Assembly: GCA_041484665.1 (NCBI GenBank)
Contig: JBGPIA010000002.1
Coordinates: 384,001 to 448,000, forward strand
Direction of reading: 5' to 3'
Length of the DNA: 64,000 bases
Origin: Candidatus Krumholzibacteriia bacterium
Lineage (GTDB): Bacteria; Krumholzibacteriota; Krumholzibacteriia; JAJRXK01
Shown here: in pieces, positions 32,267 through 46,568 of the stretch
Layout of the letters: every line of letters begins with the position of its first letter
Position numbering within the stretch: the stretch's first letter is position 1
The notes under the pieces: generated by a model
Databases searched by the model: none
What the model was told of the DNA's origin: nothing
Seen by the model: the letters and a program-made list of their open reading frames with translations, nothing else
Program-made: the position numbers and the translations under genes

Positions 32267-34423
32267 TCAATTGAAGAACGGCCAGGCCAGTCCCCACACC
32301 AGCTCGCGGGACCGTCCTCGCGTACCGGCGACCTCCTGCTGCACGGCATCCGTGAGGTTCCAGAGCGCCAGGTAGAGCTCGGCATCGCGCAGCTGCAGCG
32401 CGAAGCGCAGGTCGTGACGCGTGACGTCGGGCGCCAGGATGTCGTACGGGGCCAGGCGATCGTCGTAGCGCGGCCCCAGGTGCCGGAACTCGTAGATGAC
32501 GCTGAAGCGATCGTGCGGGCCCAGCAGCACGTGCCACCAGCGCAGCTGCACGGTGACCGCCTCGCGCGGCCAACCTGCGCCACGGTCGAGCGCGTGGTGC
32601 AGACCGCCCAGAACGCGGTGCCCCCACACCCGCCCGGCGAGCCCGTGGCGCGCTGTGCCCAGGTTGAGCTCCGCATCGCCGACGACCTGGTCGATGCGCA
32701 GCGTGAGCCCGCCCACCGTATGCGCCGTGCGCTCGGTGTCGGTCCCCGGATCCGGCTGCCACCCGATGCCGTCACCGAGCCAGTGGCGCTCCAGACCGGC
32801 CTGGGTCCGCAGCCGGCCCAGCCGCAGCCCAGCGCGCGCCGCCCAGGCGTCCTGCCGCTCGAGCGGGAGCGTGCGTCCGGCCCCCCCGCGCGTGACGGTG
32901 AAGGGCACGGCCGACGGCAGGTCGAAGCTCACGAACCCGTCGGTCTCCAGCAGCGTTGGTGTACGCAGGGCGCGCCGCAGCGTGGTCTGCAGCGTCAGGC
33001 GCCGCGCGGGCGCGTAGGTCAGCGTGGCGCCGCCCTCGCCTCCGAAGCGGTCGGACGCCTGCTCCGCGTAGAGGACATCCCCGGACAGTTGCGCCTGCCA
33101 GCACGACGATACGTGCCGCGTTACGCCAGCGCCCGCGTGCCCCACATATGCGGGATCGGAGACCACCCGCAGGGCGGAGTCCGCGGCCGTGAAGCGCGCG
33201 GTCTGGCGCTCGATCCCCACCGACAGGCAGAGCCCGTCGCCCGCCGTGCTGCGTGTCAGTTGGAGGCCCTGGCGCGAGGCGTCGCGAATCTCGCCGTGGA
33301 CGAAATCCTGGTCGTGCCAGTCGAGGTGGTAGCCGCGCGCCTGCCAGAATGCGTCGCCGCGCAGCACATCCAGGGCCAGCGCAACGTCCCCGGTCCAGCG
33401 CTCGGTGGTCCCGTTCGAGCGCGCCGTTGCCGTGTCGAAGCGCCGCCCGCGCCCGAACAGCACGCCCGCCCGCCACTGCGCGCCACGCAGGTCGAAGCCC
33501 GCTCGAAAGCGGCGCATCTTGGCCCTGCCGAGCACGTCCGTCGCGGCGCCGGGAAACAGCAGGAAATCGATGCCGTCCTCGGCCTTCCACTCCTCGTATT
33601 CCAGCCGCAGCGACTTTGGCGCGTCGGGTGTCGTCAGGGCGAGCGACCGCAGGTAGGTCTGCCCCTGCTGCTTGGCGAAGTGCGTGCGCACCACCGTCTG
33701 GCCGATGGCGCCCGGATCGGAGAGCAGGCGCACGGCACTGGGCGCGCCGGGGACCGGCGCCGGCGTGGCGCGCGCCGGCTGCTCGCCGCGCACGTCTCCC
33801 AGCCCCGCCGCGCTGCGGTCCCACAGCGCGGGGTCGAGATCGGCCGGGCTGCGGGAGGGAACGCCGTCGAGCAGGATCTCGGGCGCGGGCAGGTCCACCG
33901 GGGAGAGGCTCAGGAATGCCGGCGCACCCCGGTCTCCCGCGATGCGCACGACGGCGTGCGGAAGATCCTCCAGCACGTCTGCGAGGGTGGCCGGACGATG
34001 CGCTTCCAGGTCGCCGGCATGCATGTCCGCCGCCGCAACCCAGGGCGGGCGCGCGCGCGCGGGCAACGGAAAAGCCTCGGGTTGTGCGGTGCCAGCGCCG
34101 TGGGCGGTATCCGCGGCCGCCGCCGCGGGTTTCGTGGCCGCCGCATCGCCCGGCGGGGGCACGCCGGCCGTCGGCCCGCCGGGCGGGGGCGCGAGGCGGG
34201 GCAACGAGTCCGGCGTGGTGTTCGCTGCGGAGAGGGGCGGCTGCGCAGCGGTCGAGCCAGCGTCCGGCGCGCTCGCCGCACGCGCCACGGCCGCGCAGCT
34301 CATGGCCGCGGCTGTGCACGTCCAAGCGGCGGCCAGCGCCACCGCGCAGTGGAGCAAGAGCGTGGGTCGCGCGGGAAGGACGGTGCGGTCGCCTGGATGG
34401 GTCGATTTCAACGCGGGCTGCAC
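32267..34423 (-). CDS. TonB-dependent-receptor-like outer-membrane beta-barrel (start uncertain)
   Basis: Plug-like TLADVLEDLP...ILLDGVP, amphipathic beta-strands, and a C-terminus NLTD...RGRSRELVWGLAWPFFN. Confidence 0.6.
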   Translation of the reverse strand: MQPALKSTHPGDRTVLPARPTLLLHCAVALAAAWTCTAAAMSCAAVARAASAPDAGSTAAQPPLSAANTTPDSLPRLAPPPGGPTAGVPPPGDAAATKPAAAAADTAHGAGTAQPEAFPLPARARPPWVAAADMHAGDLEAHRPATLADVLEDLPHAVVRIAGDRGAPAFLSLSPVDLPAPEILLDGVPSRSPADLDPALWDRSAAGLGDVRGEQPARATPAPVPGAPSAVRLLSDPGAIGQTVVRTHFAKQQGQTYLRSLALTTPDAPKSLRLEYEEWKAEDGIDFLLFPGAATDVLGRAKMRRFRAGFDLRGAQWRAGVLFGRGRRFDTATARSNGTTERWTGDVALALDVLRGDAFWQARGYHLDWHDQDFVHGEIRDASRQGLQLTRSTAGDGLCLSVGIERQTARFTAADSALRVVSDPAYVGHAGAGVTRHVSSCWQAQLSGDVLYAEQASDRFGGEGGATLTYAPARRLTLQTTLRRALRTPTLLETDGFVSFDLPSAVPFTVTRGGAGRTLPLERQDAWAARAGLRLGRLRTQAGLERHWLGDGIGWQPDPGTDTERTAHTVGGLTLRIDQVVGDAELNLGTARHGLAGRVWGHRVLGGLHHALDRGAGWPREAVTVQLRWWHVLLGPHDRFSVIYEFRHLGPRYDDRLAPYDILAPDVTRHDLRFALQLRDAELYLALWNLTDAVQQEVAGTRGRSRELVWGLAWPFFN

Positions 34424-34550
34424 CGGGAGGCAGGGCGACTGCGGCAGCGTAACGCAGAGCCAGCGGTGCGGCAAGCCGCCAAGCGCGTGGTGCGGTCGCC
34501 CAGCGAGCGGCGACCCGCGCGCCGCGGTCAGGCGCGCCGCGGCGGAGCGC

Positions 34551-36143
34551 CTAACGCGGGACCTGCAGGCGCGTGAGCCGCTTCTGGACATCGAGGAAGC
34601 CGGCGTCCAGCGCCGCGACCCGCCCGTAGTAGTCCAGGGCCTCGTCGAAGCGCCCCAGCTCCTCCAGACAGTTCCCGACCTCGTAGAGCAGCCCGAGGTA
34701 GAAACGCGCCGGTAGCCCCGCGACGCGCAGCCCTTCGCGGTAGGTGGCCAGCGCGTCGTCCAGGCGCCCCATCCGCCTCAGGCAGACTCCCTTCATCTCC
34801 AGCGCCTTCAACCGGCCGTCGTCGCCCGCGGCGGCCAGATCGAAGGCCGCGATCGCCTGCTCGTAGAGCGCCATGTCCATGTACACCAGGCCCAGGTCGT
34901 ACTGCCCCTTGTAATCGTCGGGAGCGACCTCCGAGCCGACCTGGCCCTGCAGGTCCCGCACGATGGCATGGACCTGTTGCTGGTCGGTGTGGTTGAGATC
35001 GAGCCCGCGATCACCGTCGGCCAGGATCTCGTCGAGCAGGTTGAAGCCGCCACCCTCCGGCCGGGGGGTCCCGGCAGCCGGGGCTGGCGCGCGCTGCGGC
35101 GACGCGGTCTCCGCGGCGCTGGACGGCGCCCCCTGTCGCGCTGCGGTGCCCACCTGATGCACAAGCTCTTGGGTGAGCTGGACGGAGGGCGTGGGTGCAG
35201 CGCCGGACTCGTCGCGCGTATCGAGATCCAGCTCGAAATTGAGGTCGTGCCCCGCGATCTCCGGCACGGAGCGGCTGGAGGCCGTGGGCGCGTCGGCCGC
35301 GCCCGGCGGCGGCGCGTGAGTCGCCACGTGCGCGTGCGCTGTTGCGGGCGCCGGCGCCGGCGCAGAGATGTGGGCGCCCCCCGCGCCACGGGTGGGCGCG
35401 TAGGCCGCCGGTTGAGCAACTGCAGGACCGGACGCATACGCCGGGGCCGGCGCGTGGGCCGGCGCCGCAGCGGGCGTCGCACCGCCCTCGTGGCGCCCGT
35501 GGGCGGCGGCGGGCAGGTCGGCGTATTCGGGGATCGAGTCCAGACGCGCGACCAGCTCCCGCGCCCGCGCGATGTAGTGCTCGGCCACGCCGCTCTCGCC
35601 CGAGGCGTGGGCGAGCCTGGCCTTGCAGATCAGGATGCGGGCGCGCTCCTCCGCCAGCCCCCATTTCTGGTAGATCTCCTCCAGCTTGCTGAGGATCTGG
35701 AGGTCGTCGGGCATGTTCTCGATGAGCAACGCGCAGCGGTCCAGGAAGACGTCACGGTCCCTCTCCTGGATCCCGTCGGCGCGCTCCAGGAACTCCAGGA
35801 AGCTGGCGGAGGCCTCCGTGTCCAGGCCCTGGCGGCGGCGGATGTCGGCCAGGCCCCAGTGGCTGTCCAGCCGGTCTGGATCGAAGCGCAGGATCTTCTT
35901 GTGGACGGCGACCGCGTTGTTGGTCAGGCCGACGGCCATGTAGAGCTCGATGGCCTTCTCGAAGTTCTCCACCGCGCTAGGCACGTTGCCCATCTTCACG
36001 AAGATGTCGCCCAACTCGTTGCGATATCCAGGGTTGCTTCCGTCCAGGCCGCAGATTCGCTCGTAGAGCTTCGTCGCCCCCTCGAAGTGACGGGCGCGGA
36101 TTGCTTCCGTGGCCTCGCGCCGGAGTTCCGTGATCTTGCTCAC
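34551..36143 (-). CDS. Tetratricopeptide repeat protein (SgmX-like architecture)
   Basis: N-terminal TPRs (LGDIF...G....A, NAVAVHKKILR.DP), Ala/Pro-rich linker and C-terminal TPRs (YDLGLVY.DM.LY.QAI, LLYEVG). GTG 36143 follows AGGAG. Confidence 0.75.
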   Translation of the reverse strand: MSKITELRREATEAIRARHFEGATKLYERICGLDGSNPGYRNELGDIFVKMGNVPSAVENFEKAIELYMAVGLTNNAVAVHKKILRFDPDRLDSHWGLADIRRRQGLDTEASASFLEFLERADGIQERDRDVFLDRCALLIENMPDDLQILSKLEEIYQKWGLAEERARILICKARLAHASGESGVAEHYIARARELVARLDSIPEYADLPAAAHGRHEGGATPAAAPAHAPAPAYASGPAVAQPAAYAPTRGAGGAHISAPAPAPATAHAHVATHAPPPGAADAPTASSRSVPEIAGHDLNFELDLDTRDESGAAPTPSVQLTQELVHQVGTAARQGAPSSAAETASPQRAPAPAAGTPRPEGGGFNLLDEILADGDRGLDLNHTDQQQVHAIVRDLQGQVGSEVAPDDYKGQYDLGLVYMDMALYEQAIAAFDLAAAGDDGRLKALEMKGVCLRRMGRLDDALATYREGLRVAGLPARFYLGLLYEVGNCLEELGRFDEALDYYGRVAALDAGFLDVQKRLTRLQVPR

Positions 36144-36385
36144 GCGGTCTCCTGCAGCGGATGCGACCCCGAGATGCCCAGCTGATTCGGCTCGTCCAAC
36201 GCGAGCGGACCTCTCCCCCTGGACGCTGCGTTCTGCCCGCCGCCCGGCGCGGCGGTCGCGCGACGTGCAACGCAAGGCCGTCGGGGAGTGTGGAATACCC
36301 CCGACCGGCTTCCTCCCGCGGGGCCAGCGCGACCATTCTTGGACGCGCGGGGCGCATTCGGGACGGATGATCCCGCGGGTCTCAT

Positions 36386-36402
36386 AGCAAGTCCTCTACC
36401 AG
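36386..36402 (-). promoter_or_regulatory. sigma54 promoter upstream of the TPR gene
   Basis: CTGGTAGAGGACTTGCT: TGGYA, GG-N10-GC and TTGCT. Confidence 0.65.
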
Positions 36403-36497
36403 CCAGTTTCGGGTGCGCGGCGGCGCCTCCCGGAGGGGGCAGGCATTCTTTTCCCACCCTCCGCGCAGAGCGGGATCGGCCGCGTGAGGAGCGGACG

Positions 36498-37787
36498 TCA
36501 GGTGGCCGCGCGCCCGACGATGCGGCCGTCGAGAACGACCGTGTCGATCTCGTCCTGGCCCAGGTGCTGGATCAGCTCCTCCACGCTCGCGCAGCGTAGC
36601 ACGACCAGGTCGCAGCGCTTGCCCGGGGTCAGGCTGCCCACGGCGCCGGCGCGCCCCACGGCCCAGGCGGCGTTGAGGGTGCCCATCACCAGGGCCTCGG
36701 CCGGCGAGAGATGCATGCGGGTGCATGCGATGGCCATCACCAGTGGCAACGACTCGCAGTAGCAGCTCCCCGGGTTGAAGTCGGTGGCCAGTGCCAGCGC
36801 CACGCCCGCCCCGATCATTTCGCGGGCGGGCGCCCACGTGTCCAGGCCCAGGCTGAAGATGGTCCCGGGCAGGAGCACGCCCACCGTGCGGCTGCGCGCG
36901 AGGGCCAGGATGCCCGCGGGTGAGACGCGCCCCAGATGGTCCGCGCTGTCGGCGCCCAGCTCCGCGGCGAGCTCGGCGCCCCCGCTGCCGGCGAGCTCGT
37001 CGGCGTGCACACATCCACGCAAGCCCAGCTCGCGCGCGGCGAGCAGGATCGCGCGGCTCTGCTGCGGCGTGAACACCCCCGGCTCGCAGAAGACGTCCAC
37101 GCGCTCGGCCAGCCCTTCGTGCGCGACCTGGGGCAAGATGCTGGAGCACACCAGCTGCACGTAGCCTTCGCGATCGTGCTGCCATTCGTCGGGGAACTCG
37201 TGGGCGGCCAGACAGGTGGCCACCACGCGGGGCAGGCCGCGCTCGGCCGTCACCGCGCGCAGCGCCCGCAGCGCCTTCAGCTCCTGCTCGAGGTCAAGCC
37301 CGTAACCGCTTTTCACTTCAATAGTTGTCGTGCCGTACCGCAACGCGCTGCGCAAGCGCGCGCGGGTCAGCGCGCGCAAGCGGCTCTCGGGCAGGGCGCG
37401 GAAGTCGCGGACGCTGGCGCGGATCCCTCCGCCGGCCTGGGCGATCGACGGGTAGCTTTCGCCGGCCAGGCGACGCGCGAACTCCGCGGCGCGGGGCTGC
37501 GCGAACAGTGCGTGGGTGTGGGCGTCCACCAGCCCCGGCACCACGGCCTTGCCGGAGCAGTCGATGCGCACGCCGCCGGGCAAGAGCCGAGCGCTCGCCA
37601 GCACGTCGGCGGCGGCACCGGCGGCCACGATCTCGCCGCGCAGCGCCGCGACCGCGCCGCCGCCCACGAGCCCCACGTCACCCAGGGTGTCGCCGCGGCG
37701 CGGTCCCGCGTCGTCACCGGCGCGGTGCACGGTGTAGAGCGCGTCGATGTCGTCCAGCAAGAGGTCGGCGGGCAAACGCTGGCTCAT
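36498..37787 (-). CDS. hutI: Imidazolonepropionase
   Basis: Motifs [37 protein letters not shown] and ATDFNPG. ATG 37787 overlaps the hutU stop. Confidence 0.95.
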   Translation of the reverse strand: MSQRLPADLLLDDIDALYTVHRAGDDAGPRRGDTLGDVGLVGGGAVAALRGEIVAAGAAADVLASARLLPGGVRIDCSGKAVVPGLVDAHTHALFAQPRAAEFARRLAGESYPSIAQAGGGIRASVRDFRALPESRLRALTRARLRSALRYGTTTIEVKSGYGLDLEQELKALRALRAVTAERGLPRVVATCLAAHEFPDEWQHDREGYVQLVCSSILPQVAHEGLAERVDVFCEPGVFTPQQSRAILLAARELGLRGCVHADELAGSGGAELAAELGADSADHLGRVSPAGILALARSRTVGVLLPGTIFSLGLDTWAPAREMIGAGVALALATDFNPGSCYCESLPLVMAIACTRMHLSPAEALVMGTLNAAWAVGRAGAVGSLTPGKRCDLVVLRCASVEELIQHLGQDEIDTVVLDGRIVGRAAT

Positions 37788-39454
37788 CGCGGGGCGCGTG
37801 ACGGCATCGGGAAGTGCAGGCCCTTCCCCTGCGCAAAGCGGCACGCTTCGTCGTAGCCGGCATCGTAGTGGCGCGCCACGCCCATGAGCGGATCGGTCGT
37901 GAGCACCCGCTGCAGGCGCAGCGCGGCCTGCGGCGTCCCATCGGCCACGATCACCTGGCCGGCGTGGATCGAGAGCCCCATTCCCACGCCGCCGCCGTGA
38001 TGCACCGACACCCAGCTCGCTCCGTTCACCGCGTTGATCAGCGCGTTGAGGATGGGCCAGTCGGCTACCGCATCACTGCCGTCGAGCATCCCCTCGGTCT
38101 CGCGGTAGGGGCTGGCCACCGAGCCGCTGTCGAGGTGGTCGCGCCCGATCACGATCGGGGCGTTCACCTTGCCCGTACGCACCAGCTCGTTGAAGCCGAG
38201 CCCTGCTCGCGCCCGCTGCCCGTAGCCCAGCCAGCAGATCCGCGCGGGCAACCCCTGGAAGGCCACCTGGCGCGCGGCCAGCTCGATCCAGCGGCGCAGG
38301 TGCGGCTCCTCGCTGCCAAACATCTCCAGGATCATGGCGTCGGTGGCCGCGATGTCGGCAGCATCCCCACTCAGGGCCACCCAGCGGAACGGGCCCTTGC
38401 CCTCGCAGAACAGCGGCCGGATGTACGCTGGAACGAACCCGGGGTAGGCGAACGCGTCAGCGAACCCGGCGTCGCGCGCCATGCCACGCAGGTTGTTTCC
38501 GTAGTCGAACACCGTGCTGCCCGCGCGCAAGAGCCCCACCATGGCCTCACAATGCTCGCGCATGGCGCGCATGGCCTCCTGCGTGGAGCGCGCAGGGTCG
38601 TCCTGGCGCAGCCGCAGCGCCTGGTCGAGCGTCATGCGATTGGGGACGTAGCCGTGCAGCGGGTCGTGGGCGCTGGTCTGGTCGGTGACGACGTCGATGG
38701 CCTCACCGCGGCGAAGCAGCTGCGGCAGGATGTCGGCGGCGTTGCCCAGCAGGCCCACCGAGTACGGTCGCTGCTGGGCGCAGGCCTGGCGACAGCGGCG
38801 CAGCGCCTCGTCGAGGTCCGTGCACGAGTCCATCAAGTAACGGGTCTGCAGCCGGCGCTCGATCCGATGCGGGTCTACCTCCACGCACAGGCAGACCCCC
38901 TCGTTCATGGTCACCGCCAGCGGCTGAGCGCCACCCATTCCGCCCAGGCCGGCTGTCACCACCAGCCTGCCCCGCAGGTCTTCCCACCCCTGCTTGCGCG
39001 CCAGAGCCGCGAGGGTCTCGTAGGTGCCTTGCAGGATTCCCTGGGTGCCGATGTAGATCCAGCTGCCGGCCGTCATCTGCCCGTACATCATGAGGCCCTG
39101 CCGGTCGAGGGCGTCGAAGTGCTCCCAGGTGGCCCAGCGCGGCACGAGCAGGCTGTTGGCCAATAGCACCCGCGGCGCGTCGGGATGGCTCGGCATGACC
39201 GCCACGGGCTTGCCGCTCTGCACCAGCAGCGTGTGCTCGTCGTCGAGCTGCCGCAGCTCGTGCAGGATGGCGTGAAACGCCTCCCAGCTGCGCGCCGCCT
39301 TGCCCCGCCCGCCGTACACCACCAGCTCGTCGGGCCGTTCGGCCACGTCGGGGTCGAGGTTGTTCTGGATCATCCGGTAGGCCGCTTCCTGCACCCAACC
39401 CCTGCAGGTGAGCGCCCCGCCACGCGGCGCGCGGACCGGCTGCGCCTTCGCCAT
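37784..39454 (-). CDS. hutU: Urocanate hydratase
   Basis: Motifs [43 protein letters not shown] and GRDHLD. Confidence 0.97.
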   Translation of the reverse strand: MAKAQPVRAPRGGALTCRGWVQEAAYRMIQNNLDPDVAERPDELVVYGGRGKAARSWEAFHAILHELRQLDDEHTLLVQSGKPVAVMPSHPDAPRVLLANSLLVPRWATWEHFDALDRQGLMMYGQMTAGSWIYIGTQGILQGTYETLAALARKQGWEDLRGRLVVTAGLGGMGGAQPLAVTMNEGVCLCVEVDPHRIERRLQTRYLMDSCTDLDEALRRCRQACAQQRPYSVGLLGNAADILPQLLRRGEAIDVVTDQTSAHDPLHGYVPNRMTLDQALRLRQDDPARSTQEAMRAMREHCEAMVGLLRAGSTVFDYGNNLRGMARDAGFADAFAYPGFVPAYIRPLFCEGKGPFRWVALSGDAADIAATDAMILEMFGSEEPHLRRWIELAARQVAFQGLPARICWLGYGQRARAGLGFNELVRTGKVNAPIVIGRDHLDSGSVASPYRETEGMLDGSDAVADWPILNALINAVNGASWVSVHHGGGVGMGLSIHAGQVIVADGTPQAALRLQRVLTTDPLMGVARHYDAGYDEACRFAQGKGLHFPMPSRAPR

Positions 39455-39597
39455 GGTCGCCTCCTGGGTCAGGCAGCGGCGCGCGAGCGCGCGGACGCCG
39501 CGGGACCTACGGCGGCGCCGGGGCGCGCCGCCTGCTTCCGAGTCCGGAAGATAGCCCCTCACCCCGACCGTGGACAGGCCCAGGTGCGAGCTTGGAG

Positions 39598-39626
39598 GAG
39601 ACACAAAGACGTGGTGCTGCTATACT
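39598..39626 (+). promoter_or_regulatory. Extended -10 promoter for the + strand sulfatase-like gene
   Basis: TG-C-TATACT (39618-39626) with GAGACA 17 bp upstream, in an AT-rich patch. Confidence 0.5.
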
Positions 39627-39731
39627 TTTATTGCTGCTCGGTCGCTGACTCCCACCCCACGTGCTCGTAGCAGCGCCAACCCCCGACGCCGGATCGAACC
39701 ACCCCCCAGCAGCTCATGCGAGCTGCCAGGT

Positions 39732-41645
39732 ATGCATTCCAGCGCGCAGGGGCAAGCGCTGCCGGAGCACGGCACGCTTGCGCACGCTCGCCAACGCGGG
39801 CGACATCGCAGGGTGCGCAGCGCGCGGCGCCGCGAGCGCCGGCTGCTGGCCGCGCTCCTTGCGTCGCTGCTCGCTGCCGCATGCCAGCAAACGCCCGGAC
39901 AGAATGTGCCGGCAGGAGCGCCGGCGCGCGCGGCCGCTCTCGACGGCCGCAGCAACCTCTTGCTGATCACGGTGGATACCGTACGGCCGGATTACCTGCA
40001 GTGCTACGGCCGCGCCGGCGCGCACACCCCCGCCTCCAACCTGCTGGCCGCCCACGGCGTGGTCTTTGAGAACGCCTTCACTCCGTACCCGCTCACGTTG
40101 CCGGCGCACGCGAGCATGTTGACCGGCCGTGCGCCCTTCGAGCACGGGCTGCGCAACAATGCGCCGCCCGATGGCCCCGACAGCCTGGAGACGGTGGCGG
40201 TGATCCTCAAGCGACACGGCTACGCCACCGCCGCCGTGGTGAGCACGTTCATCCTCGACCACCGGTTTGGCCTCGCCCGCGGGTTCGATCAATACGACGA
40301 CGACCTGCGGGCCACGGCCGGCGCGGAGAGCGGCCGGCGCGTGCAACGGCGTGCGGCCGAGACCACCGACTTGGCGCTGGCCGCCCTGGCCGCGCTAGGC
40401 GAGGAACCGTTCCTGCTGTGGGTGCACTACTTCGACGCCCACGCTCCCTACGATCCGCCGCCGCCGTACGTAGGGCAGGGCTACGCCGGCGAGATCGCCA
40501 CGATGGAGGACGGGATCGTCCGCCTGCTGCGCGGCTTGCAAGAGCGCGGGCTGTGGGAGCGCACGGGCATCGTCCTGGCGGGCGATCACGGCGAGGCATT
40601 CGGCGAGCATGGCGAGCAGCAGCACGGCTTCTTCGTCTACGACACGACCCTGCGGGTGCCGCTGCTCCTCAAGCCTCCGGGGCACGACGCGGCGGCGCAG
40701 CGCGTGGCGGAGCCGGCCTGCCTGATCGACATCGCGCCCACCTTGCTGGCATGGGCGGGAGCGAGCGAGCGGCCCGCGGGCCCCTGCGTGGAGCTGCTGG
40801 AGCTGGCGCGGGGCGCGCGGGCCCCGGCCCGGGCGCTCTACGCCGAATCCCTCGTGCCGTTCTTCAACCACGGCGCGGCGCCCTTGGCCTGCATCCGCAG
40901 CGGCGGATGGAAGTACATCACGGCGCCCGAACCCGAGCTCTACGCGCTCGAGCAGGATCCGCAGGAGGCCGTCAACCAGCTGTCCCTGCAACCTGCGCGG
41001 TCGGCTCAGTTGCGCGCGCTGCTGGACGCGCTGCACGCCCTGGACCACGTGCCCCCCGCGATCGCTTCACCGTCGGGCCGGATGGATGCGCAGATGCGCG
41101 AAGGGCTGGCCGCACTGGGCTATGTATCACCGGGCGAGATCGACGGCGGGTCCGTCCGCAGCGATCCCAAGCGGGTGCTGCGGGCGCTGCGCTGCATCGA
41201 GGATGGGGACCGGGCGCTGGGGCGCTTGGACTACGATCAGGCGCAAGACGCCTACCGCCAGGCGCTCGAGTCGGACCCCCGCAACTGGAAGGCCACGTGG
41301 AAGCTGGGCGACCTGTTGATCGACACGGGTGACCTGCGCGGGGCGGAACGGGTCTACCGCGCGGCACTGGGCCGCGACGCGAGCAATTTGAACGTCGACC
41401 TGCGCCTGGCGGGCGTGGTCTACGACCTCGGGCGGCCCGACGAGGCCCTCGCGCTGTGCGACAGCGTGCTGTCGCACCGGCCCGGCCACCTGGAGGCACG
41501 TACGATGCGCGCGGTGGCCCTCTGCTCGCTGGGCCAGCGGAGGCAGGCCCGCGTCGACCTCGAGGCCGTGCTGCGGGACGATCCGCAGAATCAGCTCGCC
41601 CGGATGTGGCTGCACCGGTTGTTCGACGCGGACAGCACTGAGTGA
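39732..41645 (+). CDS. Alkaline-phosphatase-superfamily (sulfatase-like) lipoprotein with C-terminal TPRs
   Basis: LLAAAC lipobox, ITVDTVRPD, TLPAHASMLTG, HYFDAHAPY, GDHGE and LAALGY, followed by TPRs. Start uncertain. Confidence 0.85.
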   Translation: MHSSAQGQALPEHGTLAHARQRGRHRRVRSARRRERRLLAALLASLLAAACQQTPGQNVPAGAPARAAALDGRSNLLLITVDTVRPDYLQCYGRAGAHTPASNLLAAHGVVFENAFTPYPLTLPAHASMLTGRAPFEHGLRNNAPPDGPDSLETVAVILKRHGYATAAVVSTFILDHRFGLARGFDQYDDDLRATAGAESGRRVQRRAAETTDLALAALAALGEEPFLLWVHYFDAHAPYDPPPPYVGQGYAGEIATMEDGIVRLLRGLQERGLWERTGIVLAGDHGEAFGEHGEQQHGFFVYDTTLRVPLLLKPPGHDAAAQRVAEPACLIDIAPTLLAWAGASERPAGPCVELLELARGARAPARALYAESLVPFFNHGAAPLACIRSGGWKYITAPEPELYALEQDPQEAVNQLSLQPARSAQLRALLDALHALDHVPPAIASPSGRMDAQMREGLAALGYVSPGEIDGGSVRSDPKRVLRALRCIEDGDRALGRLDYDQAQDAYRQALESDPRNWKATWKLGDLLIDTGDLRGAERVYRAALGRDASNLNVDLRLAGVVYDLGRPDEALALCDSVLSHRPGHLEARTMRAVALCSLGQRRQARVDLEAVLRDDPQNQLARMWLHRLFDADSTE

Positions 41646-41673
41646 CCAAGCCTAGGCCGGCGCCGCGGCGAGC

Positions 41674-46568
<4,895 letters not shown>

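Noticed and set aside
36288..36297. DnaA-box-like TATTCCACA
   Set aside because: It is a single mismatched copy inside a hairpin loop, with no cluster of boxes and no AT-rich unwinding element.
36140..36457. Upstream ORF overlapping the TPR gene start
   Set aside because: The translation is low-complexity with no motif, and it spans the predicted sigma54 promoter.
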